DNA from: Trichoplax adhaerens
Lineage: Eukaryota > Animalia > Placozoa
Assembly: GCF_000150275.1 (NCBI RefSeq)
Contig: NW_002060949.1
Span: forward strand, 4,305,136-4,369,135
Direction of reading: 5' to 3'
Length of the DNA: 64,000 bases
Both the position numbers and the translations under genes were made by a program. Within the stretch, counting starts at the first letter, position 1, and the number at the start of each line of letters is the position of its first letter. The notes beneath the pieces were generated by a model. The model ran no database searches, was not told where the DNA came from, and saw nothing but the letters and a program-made list of their open reading frames with translations. Positions 1-13,858 of the stretch are shown one piece after another.

Positions 1-167
1 AACATTTTTATAGCCGATTGCCGCCGATATCGACAATAGAAGACACCTTGATACGCGTATAATAAACCAAGTTCTGTCGATTCAACAGGATTTTTAGCTT
101 TACTGTAATCAGATTACTCAAGCTTGCTAAAGAAGGACAGAAAAAAATAAAAAATAAAGACGTCATT

Positions 168-3010
168 ATGGGGGGACAACAATCAGTTTTCACAGAAGAA
201 GAACTACAAGACTACAAAGTAAGTCCATCTTGACGGATGTTAGTCAATACTAGATACGGGATAACTTTTAATGTTACATTGTACAAGTGATGTAAAATTG
301 TATTGACTTGTTTGAACGAATTGAGATCAAAAGAAGATTAGGTTATTTAACCTACTACTATTACGAATTCTTATGTTAATTGCAACTTATCGTAAATCGA
401 CTTTAAAACGTCACCTTTGTTTCGCATTTGATATTACTCACTACCTCTTGCTGAGATACTATGTAATGCCTTAAGACTATTATTAACTATAAGTAAAACG
501 ACTCGCTGAAGTATTTTATTCAACTTTTTTTTATCAACGCCATCACTTATTAAGTACAGTATATATTTGAAACTTTTCAAATTTATCGCCTACCCGTTAA
601 CTAACAATATTAGTAAAGTACTTACTTTTATATTGCCGGGATCGTACCTATATTAGTTTTAGGTAATATCATTTCCTTGCTTGATTGTACGCGTGATTAC
701 TAAAAAGTCATCTAAAAAAGCTCTACTTTAACACGCTACTACTTCACTTCCATTTTTCACATGTACGTATCTATAAATCAGAAATCACTTAAAATGGACT
801 TCATATACTGTAAATGATCGCATTATCCACAGGTTATTGAAAGAAAGATGTAAAGTACTAACTTATTATTATACAGTTTCGTTTACAGTGTACACTTAAT
901 TACAGTTTAAAAGATAAACAACAGCATTCATTTATGATAGAAATGTAAAGTTATCAACATAATGCTCTATGGTATAATTGAAGGCAATCAACTTATGTCG
1001 GAAAGTGTCATAATAGCCGCTTCCTTTGAATATTAGCTTGTGTCGTAGTAACTCCAACAAGCATTAATTATATAAATGCATAGATGAAAGAATATCAATC
1101 CAATCTCAAAGCTAATCACTGGCACTTGTATTCCTATGATAAGATGCGGTTTAATTTTTCTTATGTACTGAAAATTGGATTTTGTTCCTTCTTTATATTG
1201 CTGCCTAATTTTATAGGATTTAACATATCTATCGAAGAAGGATATCATAAGGTATTAGATCATAACATTAGTTAAATACCTATTCAATTATACTTTCTCA
1301 TCTCCATCTTTGTAGGTAAATTACTAGGAAGTATACACTAGATTACAATCACTGATCTTACAATCTAGTAATATTTACTGGTGTTATTATACAATCTAAA
1401 ATCGTGTAATATTTACTGCTATTATTATGTCATCTAAAATCGATCGTGAAATACACCGATAATAATTTACTTCGATTGACCGCGTTAATTTAAAGAAAAA
1501 CGTTGTACTTATAGCTTATTTGTTTAATTTGATTAAGAGCACATAAGAGATGGGTGGCGCTCGCTCCAGAAATTTTAGAGAACGATATACGCGCGACGTT
1601 AAGCGCAGAAAAATTGCTTAATGACTTACCCGAACTCCGTGTAAGATATTGATAGCATTATCAATGCTAGTATAGTCCCTTAACTAGTTTCTAGTCACAT
1701 TACTGCTTGTTAGAGATTGTGATACAAGACTTAATAATCTGCAGTAGTATTAAAATGTGGATACTCCTACAATACGTAGAGAAACGCTAGCGTTGATTAG
1801 ATCTACTACTGTTTAGGTGAATCCATTTGCGGATCGACTTTGTAAGGTATTTTCTTCCTCAGAATCAAATGATGGAAGTTTATGCTTCGATGATTTCATC
1901 GATATGATGTCCGTATTTAGCGAAAGGGTAAGAAAAGATGGTGCTAAAGTAGCTATGCGAATATTTCAATCTATTTAATATATGTGGCAGTTGTACTCTA
2001 GTCAAATTATAAACTTTCCATAGCGGTTTCCTCAAATTTCATCGATAGAAATATTGTCTTAATACACATAAAATTAGATGCTATCAGATCTAATCTAGTA
2101 AAATTTGATGCAATACACTCTTACAACTTTGAACTAATAAATTCCTTTATCCGACTAGGCTCCAAAGGCATTAAAAATTGAATATGCTTTCAGGGTTTAT
2201 GGTACATATATTACTAAAAGCTGCATTGACTTTGTTTGAACTTGTAGCGCATTGCACAGTAAAAATATCTCTTAATTGACTCGTAGTATTTTGTCATACT
2301 AAATACTGACATCTGTGACCTATTTTGCTCTTAGTATTGGCATTCAGATAATATTTTATATATTTCATAATGAAAATTGTATAGTAATTTTAAAATATGT
2401 CTATATCTCACCCTAAAGAATGATATGTTGAATTAGTGATTTAGTATGAATTCGTGTTATTTATATAATTATTTATTTACTGATGGTTACTGTAATATGT
2501 TTAAATGACATAATTCCTGAAAATGGGTAAAGTAACACAACTTCTTTATTTCGTAAATAGATTTCAACGACGATGACTTGATTGATATAGCAGATCTTAC
2601 GGAGTTAGTTTCTAGGCTTTGCGGAGAATCTGAGTTAAATCAAGAAGATATCGAAAATCTAATTTCTAAGGTTTGTGCACATGTAGAACAAAAATAGTAA
2701 TTGTAATTTCTTGTAGGTAGCAAATTCCCTAGGATGTCAATCGAAATTTAAATGTCCTACCTGATTCAATATTAATTAACATTGATTAACATCCAAATAA
2801 AATCTCAGATCTTTCAAGAAGCCGATCTTGATAATGATAGTATGTTAACATTTGCTGAATTTGAACATGTCATTTCTAAATCGCCAGATTTTGAAAAGTA
2901 AGTTAATTTTCCGACGTAAAGATCTTCATAATTGAGATAGGCACACGTATGTCTAAAGTTTTTAAGACTTCTTTTTTAATTTCGCCAGTACATTCAGAAT
3001 TCGTCTATGA
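168..3010 (+). CDS. CIB1: Calcium- and integrin-binding protein (CIB1-like), 8 coding exons
   Basis: Manually spliced exons 168-218, 1217-1251, 1538-1640, 1817-1927, 2159-2201, 2561-2670, 2809-2897, 2989-3010, all GT-AG and in phase. Protein MGGQQSVFTEEELQDYK-DLTYLSKKDII...LPELRVNPFADRLCKVFS...FDDFIDMMSVFSE...YAFRVYDFNDDDLI...EADLDNDSMLTFAEFEHVISKSPDF..FRIRL*. Has an MGxxxS myristoylation motif and EF hands. Confidence 0.92.
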
Positions 3011-4222
3011 ACAGCTTCAACTTCACCGACTATTCATATTTTCGAAATGAAAAATAAACGACTTCGTGATTTCGTTACGAAAGAATCAGGATACCGAAAT
3101 TACATTCTTTAATTACTTAAAATAGCAACTGTATCATACGTGTCTTTTGCTTGTAATACTATGTAATTAATTAATTTTAATCGCTAATTAATACTATAGT
3201 GCAGTACTGACGTTAACTCGCTTGCTTAGTGCATACAATATTCAGTATTGTATTATAGCTTTCGAGAAAGCTTTTCAATGTTTAGTATATTCTAAGGGTA
3301 GTAGGATTATGTTGATCCTAGATATGCCATATCCACTATCCAATTCTTTTTTACGCGCTAACCATCGATATAGTTTATACTTGATATTAAAGACGATAAT
3401 TATTATTGAAGTCATCTGTTGTACCATTTTTAGTTACATGCTATACTATGTTCTTATATACTGTAGACGTACTGATATGATATCTCTTGGAATTCAAGGG
3501 ATGACTATAACTGTCACTCGTGCTTAAACATAATACAGAAGTTTGACTGTTATTGTTAATTTATACTTTCTTTAAAATAATAAAAAAACTACGTTGCAGC
3601 ACTAATTCACAAAGTCTAGTTTAAATGCCGAAGCAAACTTGTTACGATAACTAAATGATTGTACTATTTACGCTTTGCGTTACAAAATTTCTGAGCTATA
3701 GTAAATTTCAATCGACCTAAGTCTGTTCGATGTACGTCATTTCTAAACTACGTTAAACTGTAACCTCAAAATATCAGTCATGTCACATCATGCTTTAGGC
3801 TAATTCAGTGTAAATTTATTGATAGAATATTGATACGTGTAGTGTTCAAGTACGATTATTATAATCATACATTAACGGGCAAAGCAATAGGAGCATACTT
3901 TCTGGGTAAAAATATTGTAAGTCATGGACATAGAACTAGAGCTTAACCTATTACAAATTATAACTTATTTCGAAGGTAGGTCGAAAAGTTGAATTATTAT
4001 AGGAGTAAAGTAAACATAAATATATACGATATAATAATAGATACCACAGAAGGGAATATCACCGTGTATTACATATTAGTATTTATGCAACCTCTCTTGC
4101 ATTAACTTATTGTGCCAAGATATATAATTATTGAATGATTAAACGCTAATTTACCGAATCTATGTCAATATGCTACTTAATTAACCCTAATTTCAATCTA
4201 CACCATTGTATGACCATAGTAT

Positions 4223-7200
4223 TTATTCCTTAACCAGATGCGAGTCTGCTCCCACTATGCATAACCTATTGATCTGCTGTAAGAAATGATTGTCCGATTT
4301 TCTCTCGAAGTGAAAAGGCATCGGTAGAATACCATTCAAACGATTCCTATAACAGTATTTGTAATTTTATACAGTTAGATTCGGAAAGTAGTGGCTTTAG
4401 ATATTTATTACTCTAAATCCTCAACTTACCAAACTTTTTCTTCTATAACATAGTAAGCCAAGGGCTTTTGAAAGCCATTAAAGTTTGAAGCTGCAGCTGC
4501 TGTATACGCACCCATATCTAGAGATATAATATACGTAATTAAATATTGGAAAGTTTGAAAGTAGAATTAAAAGTTGTGATAGTAGATAAATTTACTAACC
4601 TTCGAAGTACATCCAGTCTCCAACATCCAACTATTCAAATACGTGAAGTTTTTAGTTAACGTTTGATATAAATATGCGTTACGTAAGATAGGTTACTAAG
4701 TAAAGTAAGTAAACATACCTCAGGAAGCATGCATTCCTTCATGACACAATCTAGTCCGTCACAAGTTGGTCCCCATATACTACTAGAATACTGCTGCTCG
4801 TTATCTCTTCCCAAAGTTTTAGGGTATACAATCGCATGATCGTACAGCAGACAATTGAAAGAACCATATACACCATCGTTTACATAGTACATGTATTTCT
4901 GCTGTAACGATAACAGCCGCGATTAGCCACTGAACATATAAGCAAAAATTCTTAAACGGTTAAAATGACGCCTAAATACGAACCGTGAGGGCTTTTTTCA
5001 CGTTTTTGTTGTCAACATTCCTATCTGTTACGAAAAAGCGTATGAGTTACGTTGGGTTTGCATAAGAGTTAGCGTACATGCATGCTGTTTACCTTGCGCT
5101 TGCGTATTGTCATCGTTAACTTGGCGCTTAGCAATAACATTCACAGCTAAGTTAAAGGCAGATGCCACGTAATAGCGACCTTGATGCAAATAAAAGAGTA
5201 AATTTAGCATATACTGTATTTCATATTCTAACAAAATTAATGCTATAAATTCTGCAATATGAAAAACAGCAAATTACATAATAATACCTGGCTCAGCGAT
5301 GATCCTGACTCCGCTTTCAACCGGAAAATGTTTGTTTAATGCCTTATTTAGAGTTGCACTAATCTACATATACCCATAAATAAAGCACCCTTATTTAGAC
5401 GCTAAATAGCGTTAACTTAAGTAGTCTATAACCATGACACCACATATATCATACAAGAATTCGCTTTCACACACACGTACCTCTTCAAAACTAACTGTTG
5501 CCCGTGGTGAGCCCGGAAATCCTCCACCAATGTCCAAAATATCGAATTGAAAGCCCATAGATTTCTGTATAACAATTGAAATGTATTACATCTTGTACTT
5601 CATCACGTAACTCATTAAGCCACAAATCGGGACATTTTTACTATTTGCTTTATCGATTTTTGCACTCACTCCATAGTCAAATGCCGTTTTCGCAATTTCA
5701 ACCGCAGATGAAAATGCCGAAGCATCGTAGCAGCCACTGCCTACATGAAAGCTGATAAATATAGTAACTATACGTGAGTATTATATTACTTTACGAACAA
5801 TAGAGTAAACAAGCATATATTGCACAGTAAATAACTGCGTTACACGGGCTCAGGATTTTAATCTTTCTTAATCATCTTCATCACTAGTATGTGATTACAG
5901 TGAGGGCAAGTTTATATCTTCATAGCTCGCAATGTTAACAGAATCTCAATCGCTTGCTTACCTTATGCCAACAACATTTAGGTCAAGGTTTCGTGCTACT
6001 TGCAAAAGGTTTGGAACAGTTTTAAGAGGAGCACCATACTTCTGTCCCAGCTTCCGATTAAAATCATATCACATCGAACAATTTTAGAATGAAGAAGTCA
6101 TCAAGGTTATTTTGAGTTAATTCTATACTCACTCGGCAAAGCGATTTGGAATCATCAGTGAGCAATCGTAAGATTAATCTAATAGTAAAATGAAAGTTAC
6201 ATTTAACACTTGTTCAAGTCATGCTAAATAAATATATGAAATCAACATTATATGCTTACTTGGCCGTAGGATGGAGTTGCTTCACTTTATGCAGTTCAGG
6301 TTCATTGTCAAATGTCATCATACTTACTTCGCGCTTGGCAGCAAATCTTTTAATAAATTACATAACAAAATGAAGTTTTATGACTTCTGTACTACGGATA
6401 AGACAAGATTTACGTATCATAGGCATGCAAGATAATTACGATAATTACTCACTTCAAGTGAGAAGCCTGTTTGCACGGATTAGCGTATACGATTTTGCTT
6501 GGAGGAACACCCAATTTCAGAACTGCCTTAATTTCAGCCTGATAAGGAATTCACAAGGCATCATATATATATCAATATTTTTTATCAATTTTGTTAAGCA
6601 GCAAACATAATTTTTTAGACTTTGAAGTACAGAAAAAGTAAGAAAGATTAACTGAAACAATTATCTACGAAACTAACCATGCTTGCACAATCAAAACCAA
6701 TTCCCAATGCACTCAGCGTGGCTAAAACGTTGCGGTCGTCATTGCATTTTACAGCTAATATAATGTTATAAAAGATCTAAATATTTGTATGGTATGATAT
6801 TCAGCACCATAAAAAATCGAGAAACTTACCATAGAATGGCTCTACTCGTGGTAGGAGGGATAACCACTGTTTACGTGAAAGGAAATTAATACGTATTAAT
6901 TACAAGTTGTTTTTTTGCATATAATGTATTGGCTACCTGCCGTCAAGTCATCAATTTTAAACCATTAGGAGTACAATGTATAATGAAGATACTAAAATTT
7001 CGTATATGTATATAGTACGGCTGTCTTTAGTCACTATGATGTGGGTAGAACGCCGTATACTGTATGGCATATGTTCCATTTTTTGGTTCTAACCGCAGTA
7101 CAGTATCGTACAGGAACTAGTCAGTGTATTCTACTCACTCGTATTCAGGAATTTTTAAATATTTACAATTCACATTCGCTAAGCACATTCACTGATTGTC

Positions 7201-7850
7201 CTGTATACGAGTATTGCACTTATCAGATATCAGAAGTACTGTATACACGTGTTAACATCAGAAGCACCAATGTCCGTTGTACTTTTCATTTATAAAATAC
7301 ATACAGCTAAAGCATATAACAAAAAGTTTACTGTCAAGATTACAAATACACAATACAGTGGTAGGAAAGAGCGTAAAAATTGAAACGAAAAGACTGCTTA
7401 TAACTAATAAGTCAACCAATACTGTATTCAATATCCACGTAAACTATAGAACTTATACGTTGTATACTTTTAAAACTGAGCTATAGCAGCCGTATGGATA
7501 TTTTAACGAATTTTTAGAACGTATGCTAACTGTACAAGAATTTATCATAGTGAAAATCTGGACTTACAGTTTTGTGCTTCTTTAGAATGTTACCAACATT
7601 CACAATGTAAAACGGATCGTCTTTATCCTTTGAAAGTTGATAGTAAATAGTAGGATTAGACATTTACAGTAAGATGTCACCACAATCTCTAGTGTGCATA
7701 TTCTTAAAACAGAATTACAGTGCTGTAAATGCTAAATACACGCGTTCGTACACTTACATCGCGACCAGCAGCATTGGCTTTAATTGTTACTAATTCGCGA
7801 AGAGAAAGTGATGGTAAAACTTCCAAAACAGTGTCGTAAGCAGGTTTCAT
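4223..7850 (-). CDS. ODC1: Ornithine decarboxylase, multi-exon, predicted catalytically competent
   Basis: ATG at 7850 ([10 protein letters not shown]...). Spliced motifs [13 protein letters not shown] (PLP lysine), [51 protein letters not shown] (catalytic Cys), MGAYT. Stop TAA at 4223-4225. Confidence 0.95.
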
Positions 7851-8067
7851 CCTTTCGGATAGAGTTTTATGCGGGTTCAGAAATTACTAATTACTTATAC
7901 TAAGTTATTCCTATAATACTAGTAAGATAACGTCGTCTGTATAGCGGGCTGGCGGGCCTACAGAAATTCAATGAAATTCAAGTTGGTCATAGGATTTTGA
8001 ATCACGAACTTATATAAATAGCAAGATTTTACCGCGAGAGGTTGCACTTTGAAAATTTGAGCAAATA

Positions 8068-8297
8068 TCAGCTAGGGTCCCACTCAGGTTCGAAGTTGAT
8101 ATCCAACTGATCCCGAAACAAGCAGGGAAGATCCACCGTGACACAACAATCTCTTCCCTACCAAATGCAACGATATCCGATGTTAAAATTCAACTAACCG
8201 GTTTCATATTACAATTATCGAAGATTTAATACTGTTAAAAACCTACCTGCCGGTGAGAAACCCTCTCAATCTTCACGAAAGCTTTAAAACGAAGAAT
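8068..8297 (-). promoter_or_regulatory. Non-AUG (AUU) upstream conserved coding region (uCC) in the ODC 5' leader; two exons (8297-8247, 8157-8068), 46 aa
   Basis: Spliced translation ILRFKAFVKIERVSHRQ|GRDCCVTVDLPCLFRDQLDINFEPEWDPS*. The C-terminus resembles the vertebrate AZIN1 uCC (...LYREQFDFNAEPPWEPS*, recalled). Phase-0 GT-AG intron 8246-8158. No in-frame AUG back to the TAG at 8364-8366. Confidence 0.9.
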
Positions 8298-8419
8298 TTT
8301 TGCGGATTGAAAAGGACGATGTTTCCAAGATACAAAATCTGGAGTGTGAGGATGGCAAGATGGCTAAACCGTCGTTCACCAAGAACGTGAATGAAACTAC
8401 GAATGAAAAACTGATAGCT

Positions 8420-8960
8420 AATACCGTACAGTACAGTACAGTACAGTCGTTAACGGATAGTGTATACTGTATACTGTACTGTACAGTACTGATAGTGCGT
8501 ATTACACTGGTTAGACCTGAAAGAAAGGTTCGGTTATACAGTACAGTACCTGTACTGTACACTACAGTATACTGTACTGTACTGTACACTGTGTACTGTA
8601 CAGTACAGTACTGTAATAATGAGTAAGTTAAGTCAGAACTCTATAGTACTGTAGGTATTTTCTTACCCCTATGGGTTGAACCGCTGAGTACAGTACAGTA
8701 CATACAGTACAGTACTATACACTGTAGACTAATGAGTGATACGGTACATACTGTACTGTACTACTGTACAATGCACTCTTTCGTTATCAAGCTGTGACAT
8801 CATTTTTCAAATTTAGAAAGTGTACTGTACTATACTGTACAGAACAATATGCGCGGGAATCAGGCCTGCAAGGCCTGCGAGTCCGTACTGTACTGTATAA
8901 CAGTTTAACAGTATGTACTGTATCTAGGTACAGTATACTGTACAGTGTACAGTATACCTT
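8420..8960. repeat. (CAGTA/TACTG)n low-complexity cluster at the ODC promoter
   Basis: Dense degenerate ACAGT/TACTG pentamers and TACAGTACTGTA-like palindromes directly upstream of the first ODC leader exon. Confidence 0.8.
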
Positions 8961-10659
8961 AACCTTAATGTTACTTCATTGAGAAAAGGTGATTCAATTC
9001 AAAATCGACCGTCTACCTATTAAAGTAAGTGCATAATGAAGTGTTTGGCACAGTAAGGTATTTTGACGAGATGAGGCCGAAAAGGTCTGTCCGTCCAACA
9101 GTGAATAGTGCGGGACTGCAGGTCTTCTTCTATCATATTGCACGAAACCAAGCTAGCAGCCAATAGCAGGCTAATATGCGATACAGTTGAAATGACTAGC
9201 AAAATAATCAGCCAAAACATTATTAGCATAGTAACAGATCGCAGATCGTTTCCTGTCTCGTCTCTGTCTAGTTAAAGAAATAAAATTACTCAAGACTGCA
9301 AAAGAAAGGAACAAAAATATCAAGAGCCAATTACCCAAGGTTGTACCGATCTGTCTGGGTAGAATTTGAGCCAACTTTAAAGATATAACTTAAGGCATCA
9401 TAATAGCTGAGCATCTTTCAACCATTTTTAGAGGGCTCGCCTAGCCTCTGCAATACTAATCCTATACTGTACGGTACTGTACAATCAGGTCTACTGTACT
9501 GTACTGTACACAGTGTACAGTACGATACTATCTGCAATTGATATTCAAAGTAGCTGGTGTTATGTGTTCGTATTACTGCTTGAGTCAAGTAATAAACTTC
9601 GTATGATGTGTACATGATGAGAAGATAAGGAAAAGTTTATTAGGACAACTGTAATATAACAAGATACGGTAGATTTACAGTACTGTACTGTACAGTGTAC
9701 AGTATAGTTAATATACTGTACAGTACAGTAAATCTACAAGCGTAAATCAGTGTACTGCACTGCATGTAATCGCTGTAATTATAACTCGGGTAAATGGACA
9801 AGGATTATAGAGATAAAGAAAGGATCTTTATTAGAGAAGCAGATATACCTTAACTAGTAAAGATCAGCTTCAGCATGGAGCCAACGTAGAGACGCAGCAA
9901 CTGCGTCAGTTACATCTAACAGCCATATATGTATAGTGCAGTACAGTAAGCGTACAATCGCGTGATATATATCGTGGTACGCTACTGAGTTAGATAAGAA
10001 TCATTGAACGAGCATGTAATAAGGGTACTACATACAGTGGGTCATACGACAATCGCAAGGTAAGAATGTACATATAGTACAGAATGGAAGTAGCATGTAA
10101 GAGAAGGATGAACGTAAAATTATATCAGTCTTAAATTAATTAATGAACAACTTTGAAGAACTAAAAAACTCCGCACTACAAAAAAAATTATTCAATTAAT
10201 AACAAATATCCGTTTAAATGGTAACAAATGAAGCATGTTTATCCATGAGTTGCACGCGTGAAATTACATTTTAGGCGAACATAAAAGGCGTGCAATTGCG
10301 TAACAACAAGCGTGATAGTATACAGTATATATATGTAATAGATGCTTAACACATACTAACAATTCTGAATATATAATAGTTATTTATCAAACTAACATAG
10401 TGTATGTAATAGCTGGAAGGTTGATTTTGTGCAATATTTCTCTTAGAAATCCCTAGTATGGTATACGATTTCATTGGATACCGTCACGGACTACTAGAAG
10501 AAGACCTGGTTGTCTATAGTACCGTATAGTGGAACGACCGGGAAAATGATAGACCTCTCACTTTATTTTGCACTTATTATGGTATAGTCATTCACTAAAT
10601 TAACATTATTTTATGTTCGATGAGTTTTAGCATGGTTTTGATTTTAGACGTGGATTAAC

Positions 10660-10697
10660 TATGGACCACCAGAAAAATATTCTTCTAGTGGTCTATA
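10660..10697. repeat. Short palindromic element of the CATGGACTACTA family
   Basis: tatggaccaccagaaaaat / attcttctagtggtctata inverted arms with 3 mismatches. Related to the copies at 10485, 35579 and 36681. Confidence 0.65.
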
Positions 10698-13600
10698 CAT
10701 TAATATTATGCGATGGACTGCTGTAGAGTGACACTTTTATCAGTTATATTATGTATGTTAGAACTAAAGAGGGACAGTGACTTCTATCTAGTGTTACAAT
10801 AAAGGTTATTGCAGGACTCTACCAGGGAATTCTGAAACAAATACAGTATTTATCTCTGACTGTACACTGTACAGTTAAGGCATAGCATGCAAACTATCAC
10901 CGGCGAAGGTTCGACTAATACAAAACATTAATTAGTAATTACTGTGCGAGCATATAATGGCTACTAAAACCCGTGGAAATTTTACGGGGTTTTAATTAAT
11001 TAATATTATATTTATCATAAACTGCATTATTTATGACCCTATTTACAGTATCCCTGTCTAGTCTAGCATGGTCCCATATTAATTAATTTTAATTTGATTT
11101 TAATGTGTATCTTGGCCGATTAGAAGTATTGTTCGAATCTTAAATTTTTTTTAGTTCAGAGACGATTCATAAGTTTCATTTATTTTGTTCTAACTAAAAA
11201 TCTAGATTTTAATAGGTATAATGCAGATCTTAAAGTTGAAAGTCATATCATTCGAGGCAGTATTTCTCACTGTATGGAATGATGTACAGTACTGTAAATA
11301 AGAATAGGAATCTCGTAAGGTTTAAGCATTATTTCGGGATTTGCCCATAACTTTTGTTGATTTATTGGTAGACTATGTATGATTTAATTTAAAAGTTCGT
11401 ATCCAGTCTCTTCCAAACGGCTATACATTATCAGTAGGTCTAAAGACGTAGAATATTAACAAGTACTATGCGCGTACGTTTACCAGAGTGTATTGGCATA
11501 GTACAATGTTGGCATCAGTAATTCCGTGTGTGTTTTGACTCATGGATATAACCTCGTATTTATGTGGTAGTAGTAGATGAGTACAAATATATACTCGTAT
11601 ATAGGGTAATTGCTATTCATTTGCACTTAGCGAAGTTTTACGTGCATATATAAGTATCAATCGGTGATATGAACAGGAAGAGTATTTCGGTATACTGTAT
11701 GTAAAGTACAGTAGAGTACAGTGTGTGTGTCACTATGCATGCAGATAATTAAATTTGAATTTAAAATCTTGAATGACTTCTGAAACCTGTTATTACAAAT
11801 ACTATTAACGAATTTCATTTCAGCAGTCGGCGATTCGTACGAGTAAAGTAGTCCGTGGAAATACAGTACTTAAATTGTGTTCTAGAATTGCCGCATGAAA
11901 TAGAGTTCATATGTAACGCGGCAGTACTGCGACTTGAAATTGAGCGTTGCGGCAGTTCACATAGTGAGTTATACATTTACAGTGCAAAGTACCTTACATT
12001 CTATACAGTTATAATTCCTTCCAATTATAAGTTGTTTATTAGGAAAATTGTTTTAAGATATAATATTTCATCATGTTAGTGTATCTTGATACTATAAAAA
12101 AGAAAATATAAATTTCTCTTAATAAAAACGCCAACTCAAAGATTGAACTTTGCATTGTAAAATGCTTCCAACTCTGATACTAAAGCCTACAGTATACAGT
12201 ACAGTACAGTAAAAGGAACAGTTACGGTATCAAAGACCGTATCATGCACTTTAATAAGGACTGCCGAGCTAAGTACAGTACAGTACAGTATGCACGTAGT
12301 ATACTGTACTGTACTCTGAGTGTACAGTGTACTGTACTGTACAGTACAGTAGAGACCCTTGTATAATAAATCAGTTTTAGCACGGAGTGTACTTTGCTAG
12401 TTGTCATTTCGGCAGTCGTGTTCTGCGATTGGGCTGGCAGGGAAACGTGTATCACAATGTACGCGAAAGTCAGTTATGATAATTAGGCCACACTCATTGT
12501 GAACTCTACATGAATGTCGATGGTATTAATTTTTTCCTAAAATAAATAATGGAAAAATTCGATGATGCATTAATTTGCGCAAAAATTAAATTTTTTGCAT
12601 GCCTCATGAAGTATCCGTGACCTCTCGTTCCAGCCGGTACAGTAGTTGCCGTTGATTTATGCTAATACCATACAATTGATTGACCAAAGGTAAGTAAATA
12701 AATGTTCAATGACTGCGCACTATGAGAGTATGAACCTGAGTGAGCATGCATGTATCACGTTGAGTATATCATAAATCATGCGTAATCATTATATAGTACA
12801 ATACAAAATCAAAATGATAAGACATTCAATTGAATGGTCACTGTAATTTCTAGTAATTCTAATGTTAGTAATTACTCGTATTATGAATCACCGTATTTGT
12901 TGACAGCAAAAGAGGTGTTATTCTTCAAGAATAAATACACTATTTACACTGCTTCTCATCACCGGCTAGGCTAGCTAATGACAAGACTTTCGATGTGGTA
13001 TTGCATTATACTGTACGTGTACTTTACATGTAATGAAATAAAATTTAAAATTAGTAAATATTCGTCAGTATGGGATCGAAAAGTTTTACAGTCAGTTCTT
13101 TTTCAAATGGAGGAGTGAAGTATTATTTGCGGTAAATAAATAAAGGAGATCAAATTATTGGGAGATCATTCCCATATTAACAGAAAAACAACGCGTAATG
13201 TAATTATACGTACTGAATACGTTAATACGTCATCAAGACTGTGTACTGATTGAATTGCAATGGAGAGTTGATGCATGCAGACTTTGAATCATGTTTGAAC
13301 TACATGTACACTGTACTCCACTGCTGCACACTGTGTACGGCGCATAGTATAGTGCAGTGGTCCGTAACCTTTTACAAGTGCATGCGTGACCTACGTCTTC
13401 AGTAGTTTATTTTGCACGATAAATAACAAATCTTCACTCGGGGTCGTTTCTTACGGTGGTGGCCCATGATCCCATGATCCCATGGGCCACCGTAGTTTCT
13501 ATTTTGCTGTTGGAAATTTACACCGGTTGTAGTGTACAGTACAGTACTGGAGAGAAAGTTTCATACAGTACTGCACAGTACATACTCTAATACTGTATAT

Positions 13601-13748
13601 ACTGTACTGTACTGTATGGTACGGCAGTATCCAGTCGGTACTGTACAGTACAGTACATTACACTCTGATGAAAAAGAAAAATACTGTACAGTCATTGATT
13701 TCAATTTACTCGACTGTTGTGAGTACAACAGGGTTTATTGTTGTCTTG

Positions 13749-13858
13749 CACGTGAAAGACCACGCACAGCCCACATGCTACAACGGCCCCTATTGGTAGA
13801 CAGTTGCAACATTGATCTTTGATTGGATAGCCACCGAGCTCACGCCCCTAGCCACACC
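13749..13858 (+). promoter_or_regulatory. Putative KLF10/11 proximal promoter
   Basis: E-box CACGTG at 13749-13754. Two inverted CCAAT boxes (ATTGG at 13792 and 13822, 30 bp apart). GC/CACC-like boxes CACGCCCC at 13841 and CCACACC at 13852, about 250 bp upstream of the ATG. Confidence 0.55.

Noticed and set aside
4223-7850. Possibility that the gene is an inactive antizyme inhibitor because it carries a uCC
   Set aside because: The PLP lysine (AVKCN), HVGS, GGGFPG, DGVYGSF and GPTCDGLD motifs are all intact, favouring an active ODC.
8284-8982. ORFs rich in YSTVQ/TVLYC (also at 12222, 13532, 27427, 34845-35194, 35726-36014)
   Set aside because: They are translations of the CAGTA/TACTG repeat, not proteins.
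9020-9450. GC-richer stretch with short ORFs, possibly a retroelement remnant (KTAK...KVVPI)
   Set aside because: No continuous frame or convincing domain motif; cannot be supported without a homology search.
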